Of a DNA stretch of 64,000 nucleotides, positions 1 to 11,947 are shown piece by piece; position 1 is the stretch's first letter, and each line of letters begins with the position of its first letter. Source of the DNA: Caldisericia bacterium (GTDB taxonomy: Bacteria > Caldisericota > Caldisericia > UBA6126); NCBI GenBank assembly GCA_040767255.1, contig JAXGOZ010000005.1:26045-90044 (forward strand), in the 5' to 3' direction. Made by a program: the position numbers and the translations under genes. The notes beneath the pieces were generated by a model. It searched no databases, had not been told where the DNA came from, and was given only the letters and a program-made list of their open reading frames with translations.

Positions 1-614
1 ATCTGCTCTTGAAGTTCTTTTTTGAGAGATTCAAGATCAAGTTCATCCAGGAGAATTTGAATTGCTTCAGCACCTTTCCCAGCTTCGAATCGATGACCCT
101 CTTCAATAGCTTTATGATATTCTTCGTCACGGATAACTTGGTATTTTTTGAAATCTGTATCACCAGGATCAATAATGATGTACTTAACAAAGTAAACAAC
201 TTCTTGTAGTGATTTTGAAGTCATATTCAAAAGCAACGATACAAAGGGAACGGTCTTCAAGTACCAAATGTGGATAATGGGAGCAGCTAAAGAAATATGC
301 CCCATTCTCTCTCGGCGAACAGTCGATCGAGTAACTTCAACGCCACAACGATCACAAATGACGCCTTCATATCTTTTTCCTTTGTACTTACCGCATCGGC
401 ACTCATAATCTTTAAATGGTCCAAATATTTTTTCACAAAACAATCCATCTGGTTCTGGTTTGAAGTTACGATAACTAATGGTTTCAGATTTCCTTACTTC
501 ACCAAAACTCCAGCTCAGAATTTCATCTGCACTAGCTAGATGGATAGATATCGCTTCGTAATCCGTAACGGACGGTTTTTTTATTGTTTTGTCTCGTGTT
601 TGCTGTTTATCCAA
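1..614 (-). CDS. rpoC: DNA-directed RNA polymerase subunit beta' (5' part; runs off window start; missing from the ORF track)
   Basis: Manual translation from TTG at 614 (SD AAGGGGG): ...[74 protein letters not shown]...[19 protein letters not shown], the beta' zinc-finger region; open to base 1. Confidence 0.97.
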   Translation of the reverse strand, partial: MDKQQTRDKTIKKPSVTDYEAISIHLASADEILSWSFGEVRKSETISYRNFKPEPDGLFCEKIFGPFKDYECRCGKYKGKRYEGVICDRCGVEVTRSTVRRERMGHISLAAPIIHIWYLKTVPFVSLLLNMTSKSLQEVVYFVKYIIIDPGDTDFKKYQVIRDEEYHKAIEEGHRFEAGKGAEAIQILLDELDLESLKKELQEQ

Positions 615-650
615 AACGAGAACCCCCTTTGCATATGCTTATATTCTTGC

Positions 651-2719
651 TCAAGAAGCTTCGTCTTCTTTCGCTTCTTCAATCACTTTTTGTGCAGTTT
701 TTGGTGGTGCTTCTTCATAATGTGAGAATTCCATTTCATAAAAACCTCTAGCACCCGAAACAGATTTAATGGTTGTGATGTAAGTTCCTAATTCTCCAAG
801 TGGTGCTTGAGCTTCAATAATCTGCCACCCTTTTTGATCTCCAACTTTCATACTCATAATACGCCCTCTGCGCGTATTTAAGTCATCAATCACAGAACCC
901 ATTGATTCCTCGGGTACATGAACTTTTAGATTCATGATAGGTTCTAACAATATTGACTCTCCTTGGTCTAATGCTTTTTTTAGTGCAATAGAACCAGCCA
1001 TCTTAAATGCTTGTTCGGAAGAATCAACAGGATGATAGGATCCATCATAAACAGTTACTTTCAAGTCAACAACGGGATATCCTGCTAAAATGCCATGCTG
1101 CATTGCTTCAAGGACACCTTTTTCAACAGCAGGAACATAGGTTTTTGGGATTGCACCCCCGAAAATTTTGTTTTCGAACTCAAAGTGCTCTCCTCTACTA
1201 GCCGGCTGTACTTCTAGCCAGCAATGACCGAACTGCCCATGACCACCCGATTGTTTTTTGTGTTTTCCTTCTACTTTTACAGGTTTTCGGATGGTTTCTT
1301 TGTAGGCAATCTTGGGTTGTTCCAGCAAGAGAGAAACACCAAATTTTCGTTTGGCCTTTTCCATGGTTACTTGCAGGTGGGTGTCCCCCATTCCGCGTAT
1401 AATGGTTTCACCAGTATCTTGATCTCTTTCAATAATAATACTGACGTCATCTTCTTGGATTTTGGGAAGAACTGCTCCGAGTTTGTCTTCGTCTGATTTT
1501 TTATCAGCTTTAATGGACATACGAGCATTTGGAATAGGAAGCTTTATCCATGGAATAGTAAGTACTTGATCTTGCTGAGAAAGAGTATGGCCAGTCTTGG
1601 TTAATGTAAGTTTTGTTATTGCGCCAATGTCCCCTGCAGGAATATGATCAATCGTAATATCTTTTTTACCTATGAAGGTTGCAATTTGACCTATCTTATC
1701 GCTTTTTTCCTCTGTAGTATTGTAAATTTTGGAATCTGAATTTAAGTCTCCAGAAAAGACTTTCACTAAAGAAATTCTTCCGACGTATGGATCTGTCATT
1801 GTTTTAAAAACGAGTGCAGCCAAAGGTCCACTTTTGTCTACTGAAAGCTGAACTTCACTACCATCTTCTTTTACTGCTACAATGCCTTCTCTTTCTTCAG
1901 GACTTGGCATATACGTGGCCATAAAGTCAAGTACATGATCTGTTCCTTTTGAATCTGCAGCTGCAGTAAAGAGGATGGGGAAAACTTTTCGTTGTAAAAA
2001 AGCCTTTTTAAGCATTGAAGAAACTCATCATGTGAGATTTCTTCTCCACCCAGATATTTTTCTACAAGAGCATCATCCACTTCGATAACAGATTCTAAAA
2101 GTGCATCGTAACTGTCTTCTACAATAGATTGAAGATCTTGAGGGAGTTCTTCTTTTTTCCCATCAAGCGTATAATAAGTTTTGTGAATAATGTCTGCTAA
2201 ACCTTGAAGAACGTTTCCCTTGATGTAGGGGTAAAAAATTGGATGACATTTTTCAGAATATTGCTGTTGGATTGCTTGCAGCATATCAGGGATATTCACA
2301 TTTTCTCGGTCAATTTTATTTACAACAAAAGCTGTGGGTAACTTATGTTCTTCTGCATAGTAAAATGTCTTTTCAGTTCCTGCTTGAAGACCGGAAATAA
2401 CATCTATGACAATAAGTGCTCCATCAGCTGCAATCATTGCAGATTTTACTTCACCTACGAAATCAAAGTAGCCTGGAGAATCAAGAAGATTGATTTTTAA
2501 ACCATTGTACTCGATGGGAATAAGGGATAAACTAACGGATATTTGACGTTTTGTTTCCTCTGGTTCAAAATCTGAAACAGTATTTCCATCCTGAATTTTG
2601 CCTAATCGGTCAGTAATCTTAGTTTTAAAGGCAATTGCTTCCGTTATTGAAGTTTTTCCAACTCCTCCATGACCGGCTAGCACAACATTACGGATGTTTT
2701 TTGCTTCATACAGCTTCAT
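651..2719 (-). CDS. fusA: Elongation factor G, EF-G2 (non-canonical) type; one frameshift near 2015
   Basis: ORFs 1877..2719 and 651..2015 join to about 690 aa. G1 GHGGVGKT, G2 region KRQIS, DSPG, NKID, domain [13 protein letters not shown] and [10 protein letters not shown]. One extra A at CTT CAA ^ATG CTT restores the frame. Confidence 0.92.
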
Positions 2720-5700
2720 TCATGATCCTCCTTGGTTGTATCGTTAAAATTATCAGAAACAGTACTATTAGACTCACTCATCATATCTTCGAATTCTTCA
2801 CTTAAACTATCATCTTCACTGATAAACTTTTCAAAATCGGAATCAAGAGTTTCAGTAGAATCGGGACTTAAAGGATCCTCTAGTGGAGACCTTGAAGAAT
2901 CATTATCGTAAGTTGAGTCCTCAACAACTTCCATTTTAATACCGAGTCCTTTAAGTTCATTGATGATAACATTGAAAGATTCAGGATTGCTGCTTGGTTG
3001 GATTAAGTGTCGGTTACATATGGCTTCATATGCTCTGACTCTGCCTTCGGTATCGTCAGATTTGATAGTCAGCATTTCGTTTAGCGTATAGGCCGCACCA
3101 TATGCTTCCAGAGCCCAAACTTCCATTTCTCCGAATCTTTGTCCACCAAATTGAGCTTTACCTCCCAGTGGTTGCTGGGTAATCAGTGCATAAGGTCCTA
3201 TGGAACGAGCATGGATTTTATCTTCAACCATATGATTCAGTTTCATAATGTAGGAATATCCCACTGTAACAGGTTTATCAAAAGATTCGCCTGAATAACC
3301 ATCATATAAAACTCGTTTACCGTGTTTTGAAGATTCGTCTTCTTCTAATTTTTCAACTAATTCAGCAGGAGTCATTCCAGCAAAGGGAGTAGTTACACAA
3401 TAAGAGTGTGAATTATTGGCAATCCCAGTAAACACTCCAGTATCTGAATCTACATTCATTCGAGATGGTACACCTAGAGGGTTCAGGACAATATCAACAG
3501 GAGTTCCATCATCAAGATATGGCATATCTTCAACGGGAAAATCTTTTGAGATAACACCCTTGTTTCCGTGTCTTCCAGAGAGTTTATCGCCAATCTGTAT
3601 CTTTCTTTTCTCTCCAATAAACACTTTCCTAAATTCTATTTACTCCAATTGGAAGATTTTCTTCATCTTCTCTGGATAATACTTGAACATCGATAACGGT
3701 TTCTCTGTCTCCGGTGGTACTGAGGGAGGAGTCTTTTACATCCTGTCCCTTTTTGTCAAACATTGCTCTCCAAGCCATTTCAGGAGTAAACTCTTTCTGC
3801 TTTAGGAGTAATCTTTCCTACTAAAATATCATTAGCCAACTTCTGTTCCTACTGAATAATACCTTCTTCATCTAAATTGCGCAGTTGCTCCTCAGGAACA
3901 TTTGGGATATCTCTAGTAATCTCTTGAGGTCCTACTTTTGTATCCCGAACTTGAACTTTATGTTCTTTGATATGAATAGAAGTTAGAGTGTCTTGTTCTA
4001 CTAATCTTTGACTAATAACGATGGCGTCCTGGTAGTTATAACCTCTCCAGGGAAGATAAGCTGTTAGAAGATTCTGACCCAATGCTAATCTTCCTCTATC
4101 GCAACCTTCTCCATTAATGATTGTGGTTTTTTGTGTTAGAATATCTCCTTGTGTCACTAAGGGATATTTATTTACTACGGTATCCTGGTTTGTTCTTCTA
4201 AATTTTGTAATGGGTACTTTTGTGGACTTAAAGATGTCAATCACTTCTACGTTGTGTTTCACAAGATCTATAATCAATGGAAAGTCTACGGTATCCCCTT
4301 TGTGTGCGGCTACTTTACCACCAATGTAAACATCTTTTGCAAGAATTACGGTCTTTTTAAGTTTTGGATTGAGAATGAAGGTTTGAGCAAACTTTAACTC
4401 TTCTATTGAGACAAGTGTTATTTTTCTAACGTTGTGTTCTTTTAACTTTGTGAAAGTATTTGGGGAGATCTGCTTGCCATATTCAATGTCAGGACAATAT
4501 GGATCAGAATACACAAGAATTCGTTCAACAGGAATGTTATCCTTATGGACATACTTGACTTCAAAAACAGGGACTTTTTCAACTCCACCGGTCCATCCTA
4601 CAACATCGACTTCGGGGATTTTAGCTCCGATGAGTCGATCCATCAGTCCTTTTGTAATCTCTCGGCCGGCGTTAATAAGCACTTTATTTGTTTTGGTATA
4701 TACATCGCTTACAAGTTTTCTGCCAATCAAGGCTTCGTTTTTTTCATACAAAACCAGTTCAGCCAAATCAATGGTTTCAAAAACATCTGAATCTGTATAT
4801 GCAATCGATAAATTTTGGTTATAGAAAAGCTTATGGAGAATGTTACCATCGATAGTTTGTCCTACTTCGCCAATATCGGGTACAGTTTCTGCTAATACTT
4901 TTTCAATAAGAGATGTATTGAATTTACCAATTTGAACTTGTTCGTGGCCATTATCAGGAGAGGTTATATAGATAGATGTAGAATCGACATATGAAACAAT
5001 ACCCTCTTGAGGAGAAAGCTCAGATGCTCCAGAATCGATGGCTGCTTTTTCTTCTAATCCAGTACCAGAATAAGGAATTTCAGGATGAATGAGAGGAACT
5101 GCTTGGTGTTGCATATTACAGCCCATTAATGCACGGTTTGCATCGTCATGCTCTAAAAATGCAATAAGGCCAGCAGACACAGAAAAAACTTGTAATGGAG
5201 AAATATCAATGAGATTCACTTTTTCTTTGGGTACAGTAAGATATTCTTCGTAATATCTACAAAGAACTTGATCTGATGTAATATTGCCATGTTCATCAAC
5301 AGGGGTATCAAATTGTGCGATATATCGGTCATCTTCATCATCAGCAGTCAAAGTTACAACTCTATCGGTCACTTTTCCATTCTCTACTACCTTGTATGTT
5401 GCAACAATGAAACCTCTATCGTCTATTTTTGAGTATACTGACAATGAGTTGATAAGGCCAACGTTTTCACCTTCAGGTGTTTCGATGGGACAAATTCTTC
5501 CATAATGAGAATAGTGAACGTCTCGAACTTCCGCACCTGCACGCTCGCGGTGAAGTCCACCAGGCCCTAGAGCTGAAATTCGGCGCTTATGGGTTAGGGA
5601 TGCTATTGGATTGGTTTCATCCATAAATTGAGACAGCTGACCCATGCTGAAGAACTCTTTGATGGAAGCCTCAAGGGGTCTTGGATTAATGATGCTTGAA

Positions 5701-6974
5701 GTATGTTTATGGATCTCTTCCCAGGGGGTAACGGATATTTTCTCATACGTGTTTTTCATTACCCGATGCAAGCCAACTCGCATATTGTTCTTTAATAATT
5801 CCCCAACAAGACGAAGTCGTTTGTTGCCCAAATGATCCCTATTGTCTGTTTGGCCAGTATTGTGCTCGATTTTAGCAAAGTACTGAATTAGTTTTAGTAA
5901 GTCATCCTGGGTAACAGTACGATCTAAAACGTCTAAACCTAATTTTTTGTTCATTTTATAGCGGCCAACTTCACCTAAATCATTTCTGCGAGGATCTGTC
6001 AGCACTTGTTTAAACTGGATGTCAGCATTTTCTTTTGTATATCGTTCACCGGGTCTTAGTTTTAAAAAGATCAGTTTCTTTGCAGACTCTTCATCGGTGG
6101 TATTGTCTTCTTCCAATGTAGCAATGGCAAAACGTGACAAAGCGCGGTCATAAATATGAATTCGGCTAATTCTCGTTTTGGCGATTTCTTCCAAAATTCC
6201 AAAAGTTAATGTTGTTCCCTTCTTATAAAGATCTTCTCCGGTTGTTAGGTCATAGATATCATCGTACAATTTTTTTCCAACTGCATCAAAGTACTCTTTT
6301 GAGTTTACTCGAAGTTCAACAACAGTCTCATCTTTCAAAGCTTCTCGTAAGTCTTCGTCAGTTAAGCCCATAGCACGTAAGACTACGGTAGCTGGAAGTT
6401 TTTTACTTCTTTTGTCGAGGTAAACGAAAACAACACCGTTTTCATTGGTTTCAAATTCGATCCAAGAACCTCGATCTGGGATAATGGTAGCTTTGTATAA
6501 AGGTTCTCCCGTTTTCAACGAAGGACTTTGTTCAAAATATACACCTGGTGATCGAGTTAACTGTCCAACAACCACTCTTTCGACACCGTTAATAATAAAA
6601 GATCCTGTGGGCGTCATATATGGAAATTCCCCAACAGCAATTCGTTTGTTTTTATCCTGTAAATGGATTTCTTCACCAAGCTCTGTGTTGGTGAGACGTA
6701 TAGATAGGTTTAATTCCCCGTTGTATGTTTTTCCTTTAATTTTACACTCATCAGGTGTTGCTTTTGGTTTCGTTATTTCATATCCTAGAAAACGAACCAG
6801 TACCTTCCCACTCTCATACGTTGTGTCAGTTTCTTCGAATTCGTCTAATAGTTCTTGGATGCCCTTGTCGAGTAACCAATCAAAAGATTTCCTTTGCATA
6901 TCAAGAAGATCAGGTGCCTGAAAGTCTTGTTTTATTTTGTTCAAATCTCTCAACACAAATGATTGATGTGACAC
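2716..6974 (-). CDS. rpoB: DNA-directed RNA polymerase subunit beta (indel-garbled at about 3400-3850)
   Basis: [22 protein letters not shown]...[53 protein letters not shown]. The gap at 3625-3849 still encodes [10 protein letters not shown] and TVIDVQ in shifting frames. Confidence 0.97.
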
Positions 6975-7071
6975 AATAAACTCCTTATTACCATGTGAAA
7001 TAAATCACAAGGCTATAAATAACCATAGAAACCCTGCAATCCACAAAAAAAAATCAATTTAACAAACATTC

Positions 7072-7100
7072 ATTATATAATATAATGTGTCAAAAAGCAA
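7072..7100 (-). promoter_or_regulatory. Putative sigma70-type promoter of the rpoB-fusA-rpoC operon
   Basis: Minus strand TTGCTT (7100-7095), 17-nt spacer, TATAAT (7077-7072), about 100 nt upstream of the rpoB start. Confidence 0.45.
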
Positions 7101-7121
7101 AAAAATGATTCGAGGCAAAAA

Positions 7122-7481
7122 ATGATTTCATGTGGAATCGATGTTGTGAAAATTGACCGTATTGAAAAAATGTGCAATCAGTATCAATCCGATTGGTGGA
7201 TTCACTATATCGGTACAGAACAGGAATGGGAGTATTCCCAACGAAAAAAAAATTTTGCTGAATCATTAGCGGGTTTTTTTGCAGCAAAAGAAGCCTACAT
7301 AAAAGCAGTAAGCTGCCAAATAAAAAAACCTGCCCTTCGAGATATCGAAATACTTCATTCACCCGAGGGCAGGCCTTATATTCTTTCAAATCGTAGTGAT
7401 TTACGTTCAAATCAACTACAAGTCAGCATATCGCACGAAAAGGAATATGCGATTGCAATAGTTATGTTTCAGTGGGATTAG
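7122..7481 (+). CDS. acpS: Holo-[acyl-carrier-protein] synthase
   Basis: GIDVVKIDRI, FAAKEAYIKA, GRP, VSISHEKEYAIA; 119 aa. Confidence 0.93.
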   Translation: MISCGIDVVKIDRIEKMCNQYQSDWWIHYIGTEQEWEYSQRKKNFAESLAGFFAAKEAYIKAVSCQIKKPALRDIEILHSPEGRPYILSNRSDLRSNQLQVSISHEKEYAIAIVMFQWD

Positions 7482-8881
7482 TCGAATAATTGTCGAATCC
7501 GCCAATCTTCATTCATCATTAAGTGATTGATGTCCAATAGATCAATTCTTCTATCGTCATTGAAATCACCTTGTTTTAGGAAACCTTTATCACCCCGTAG
7601 AGTACCGAAAGATTTCCCTAAAAAGATAACGTCACTATCATCGACACTTCCATTATTATCAAGATCATAGATGTTTGGGACTACTTGCACTCCGCTAAAG
7701 AAAGACAGATCGATAAGTTCAAAAGGAACTATATTGTTGTCGGGATCAGAAGCAGAGAATTGAACAATCTTGAAAACAACACCACCTTCACCAGTATCCT
7801 TTTTGAAGTTTACAAGCAAATCAAAAAGATCTCCGGATCCAGAAAAAGGCCTATCGAATGTAACGACAATCTCTCCTTTTCTTTGATGAAACTCAATTGT
7901 GGCATTGTTCTTGATTGAATCGGGAAGTTTTGCAGCTTCGATAGTGTAGTAATCGTTGGCAGCCCAGAGTCGTACAACAAGTCTCTTTAAATTGCGAGTG
8001 TTGTTGACCTTGTAGGTCATGGTATCAAGAGATGTATGCTTCTGCTGGAGTCCCATCTGGGGCACATTCCAGTAAAACAAAGCAGGGTTTTCGTTTGAAA
8101 ATTTGTATAGTGCAGAGCCAACGATTTCTTTTGTTTCTTGATCTTGAAGAAAAACTACAACTCCACATTGAACAGCAGCTTTTGTAGTTAGAACAAACTT
8201 TCTATCTTCTTCATAGATCTGATCAGCTTTAAGACGAACCGGTTTACCGGAAACACCGTAGGGCATAGTCCGAACAACATGACGATTTAAGTATTCACCA
8301 TTCTTCTGTTCAGTTATGACCCAATCCTGATATATTGCTGCAATCATATTAATGTTTCGTTTCCCAAAGTCTTCTCGGGCTTTAATTTTTAAACTGAAAG
8401 AATGGGCATCAAAATCAGCTGTTAATTGGATATCCGCAACGTCTCTTCTTGCATTATCAGCTTCAAGAATTGCTTCCACATATTGATCGAAATCAATATA
8501 TTGTCCATCATTAGGAACACCAACAATCAAGTCTATTCACAACAACTACGGAGGAAATGAATTAACAGTGTAGTATTCGCAACGCTTTTTCGGTATCAGC
8601 GGATGCTAGTGAATCACGGTAGTGATAAGAAAGCGGAACGAAAACATCTTCCGTTTGATTAAGTACTAAGTCGCAATAATCCATACCAGCGGAAGCATAG
8701 GGACAAACTCCGCACCATCCACCTGTAAACCGTTCTACAATGACAGGAGATGGAGACGGTGTAAAATCAGTACCGTTTGCAGCATAAGCTTGTATGGTGC
8801 TTGGTAATGAGAGAATAGAAGAAGGAAGATAAACACTCCTGAAAAGCTAACTGTAAAAAGCTTCTTAAAATTCAATCTCAT
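7478..8881 (-). CDS. Secreted Omp28-like thioredoxin-fold protein with cohesin-like domain and C-terminal dockerin (frameshifted at the 5' end)
   Basis: ATG at 8881 after SD GAGGAGG, signal peptide, then an alternative frame VIVERFTGGWCGVCPYA...LSYHYRD. ORF 7478..8530 has NRHVVR and VVVFLQD (Omp28-like) and a paired Ca-binding repeat DLDNNGSVDDSD...DFNDDRRIDLLD. Confidence 0.72.
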
Positions 8882-8901
8882 ACACCGCCTCCTCATGTTT
8901 T

Positions 8902-11850
8902 TTATAATTTTGGATAGGTTATGGTAATCGTTTGGGTTGAGTTTTCCCATCCAATTTCGGCGCCAAGATTCTCAGATACAAATCGTACAGGAACCATTGT
9001 GTTGCCGCTAATAATCTGGCAAGCTACATCATGGTAACATCTTTACCATTTACTTTTGCAATGTTAGAACCAATTTTAAGTTCTACTTTTGTTCCGTCAA
9101 GTTCTAACCAAACAGTGTCAACCAGTTTAGTAGTAGGATTTTGTGTTAGCCTACTTCTGCTCTAGTGCGCAGCCAATATAGCCAAAAGGTACTAGGGTTC
9201 GACCATTTTGAATATTAGGAGCCATAGAAAGGTTTTCAACTTCACCGTTTTTAGTAGCAGTTTTTTTGCCGATAACCAGCTTAATGGTATATCCAAAGGT
9301 AATATGAAGTTCTTTTTCAGTCATGTTTCCAACTGGATCGGTTGCAACGAAATCAAACTTCATTTCCCCAACTTTTCTAGCTGTAACTTCGTAGGCGAAA
9401 GAACCATCTTGATCTAGATATACAAACTCACCATTAATAGTAAGCTGTGCAGTTGGATCGGTAACACCTGTAATGGAGAATCTTCGTTTGGTAACAACAT
9501 CGCCCTCTAAAGGATATGTGATATCGATTTTGGGGGGTTCTGTGTCGTAAATAACTTCGTAATCAAGACGTTTTTCATGTCCTGCTTCATCTTTTGCAAT
9601 GATAACAAGAGGATTTACACCTTGTTCAAGATCGACGGTGGTTCGGAAATAACCAGTTTCAGGCTCAACAGTGATATCTTTACCGTTAACTGATGCAAAC
9701 AAGTCAAATTCGAGAGAATCTACACCAAAACGAATAGTTTTGATAAGAGTAGTGCGTCCAACTACATCAATGGTTGGTTTTGTCGTAATGGTTCTAGCTT
9801 CTTCGGGTTTTTCCATTACAACTTCAGGAAGAACCGTATCGACTTTCACTACAAAAGATTTCCTAGGTTCGTTACCAGTTATTGATTCAGCCCAGAAAGT
9901 TATACGGGATTCATACTGACCTATATCAAGTGGCTTACCGCCGCTTTCGGGGTCAAAAGTTATGATTTGATTATCTTTGTTATCCCAGAAAAGTTTAATG
10001 ACGGCAGTTGGGTCATCACAAGAAAAAGAAACTAAAGGTGGTTCAGTATACCATCCGTTTTCCCCTTCAGTTCCACCAGTGATATGATATGAGGAAACAG
10101 GCAATTTGGGTGTGGTATAAAATGTTGGTGATTCGGCAACAAAATCTTCAGTACTAGATGTTACTTCTAGAATATAACCCACTTTTTCTTCAGTTGGATT
10201 ACGGAAACCAGACTCTAATGTTGTTAAAAGAACAAATTCAACACCGCCCTTGATGGGTTGAGTGACATAAAAATGTGCAGTAACGCCATCAATTGTAACT
10301 TTTTCTGTGGGTTCTTCGTTAATAGTAACCGTAGAAGGATCTACTTCTTCGGGCATTTCAGTATTATCAGGAAATGTTACAGCAATGTAGTCTCCTTTTT
10401 GTAAGGCACCATTGTCCCCTGTAAGTCCTTTGATAGTCCAAGAAGTAACCGAATAAGCATTTTTTGGTTCATTGGAAACGTCAAGAATTTCAAGTCGGGA
10501 TTCAATCAGCTCAACAGGAGAAGTCATCAGGTATTCTGTATCACTCTCTAGCTTATAACCAAGTTTAATATCGCCAGGTTCAGTTGTATTCACAATCCCA
10601 GCTCCAACTTCAAAAATCACATCAACAGCGTTTTCAGAATCAATGTTTACAGCAGAGGTTAATGAAACTTCGAGACCATTCACAGCTATTTCAGAAACAG
10701 ATTCTCCACCAATTTTGATTTTGGATTTGTCAAGAGAAGAAGGAATTACTGTTCCTTCAGGAAATTGAACAAGAATCTTACTTCCCTTATTCAGAGATTT
10801 ACCAGCTTCCAAGATGAATGAGAAAGAGTAACGAGCTGGTTTATTTACTTTGGCGGGTACGATTTTAAGTAGTGCTCCACCTTTTTCTATTTGATATGGT
10901 TTGGAGGCAACCCATTCTTTATCAGCGGGTATAGTAGAAACCTCTAAAACATATTCTCCAGGTTTAGGGGGATTGATAATGCCAGCACCCTGATCAATGA
11001 AAACTTCAATGCGTCCGCTATCAGGAATTTCAACGGGTGTAATGAATGTAAGTTGATTTCTGACAGCAAGAGGAGGACTGGTGATAGGCTTTCCGTTCAC
11101 CAAAATAAACTTTTCGCGGATATCGGATTCAGTAAGTTCAGTTCCTTCAGGAAAACGTACTCGGATACGTCCATCACCTTCTTTGAGCCATCCACCCTTA
11201 CCTACGTTAAATGCGATTGTATAGGATGCATTTGCACGGAAAGAAGAAGGAAGAACTTCAACTTCTGGCATTCCTTCGGGTACTCCGATAGCACTCTCTA
11301 CAACTTCAAAAGGTTCAGAAGAAACAAAGGATGGTTCTGCTCCAGTGGCAAATTTCCACTGGTATTTGGCAGGCTTTGGAGGAGTAACAAAGCCACAAGT
11401 ATCGGGTACTGTAACAACGATATCTCTGTATCCTTCAATTTCAGGATTTAACTCGATATGAGTATTGAAACGTAGAGAAATGCCGCCTTCTGGAGTATCC
11501 TCAATCACGGGTAAACCTTGACAGGCAGAGCAAGGAGAAAGTCCAATAGACATAGATTCGATGATTTGCGTAAGTCTTTCTTTGCGCTTTTTTTCATCTT
11601 CTGGTATTGGAGGATCAATGATAGTACCGGGAGGCCATACCAATGTGATTGATTCATGTAATGCGACAAGTTTCTTTTCAATGGTCACATTGAAACGATA
11701 TGTTGCTCTAGTAGCAACTTTGCGAGGTTGAACAATCATGAAGAAATTTGTCAAGGCATGTGTTTTTGTCGGTTGAAAAACAGAAAAAACACTGCCCAAT
11801 AAAATGAATGTCAACGCAATACTAAGAAATTTATTCAGTCGATGCTTCAT
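8902..11850 (-). CDS. Large secreted surface protein: four ~125-aa beta-rich repeats, Ig-like domains and C-terminal copper amine oxidase N-terminal ('stalk') domain; 3' end frameshifted
   Basis: Signal peptide; repeats ITLVWPPGT / IRVRFPEGT / ILVQFPEGT / IAVTFPDNT; VDTVLPEV and YDTEPPKI Ig linkers; APNIQNGRTLVPF, then shifted GNTMVPVRFVSENLGAEIGW...TYPKL* (stop 8902-8904). Confidence 0.78.
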
Positions 11851-11947
11851 CGTAAAAAACCCCCTTGAATTACAATTCATCAAAAGCTGAATCATAACCC
11901 ATATAAATTTTTAACAAATACTTGAATTTAAGAAAATAATACACGAT

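Noticed and set aside
1995-2030. Programmed -1 frameshift in EF-G2
   Set aside because: The site (CAA TGC TTA AAA AGG) lacks an in-frame X XXY YYZ heptamer. One missing A explains it, and similar indels occur throughout the window.
3625-3849. Naturally split RpoB, intein or intron
   Set aside because: The gap encodes the expected RpoB residues in shifting frames, with no intein or intron features.
5560-5660. Rifampicin resistance in RpoB cluster I
   Set aside because: Residues equivalent to Q513, D516, H526, R529, S531 and L533 are all wild type.
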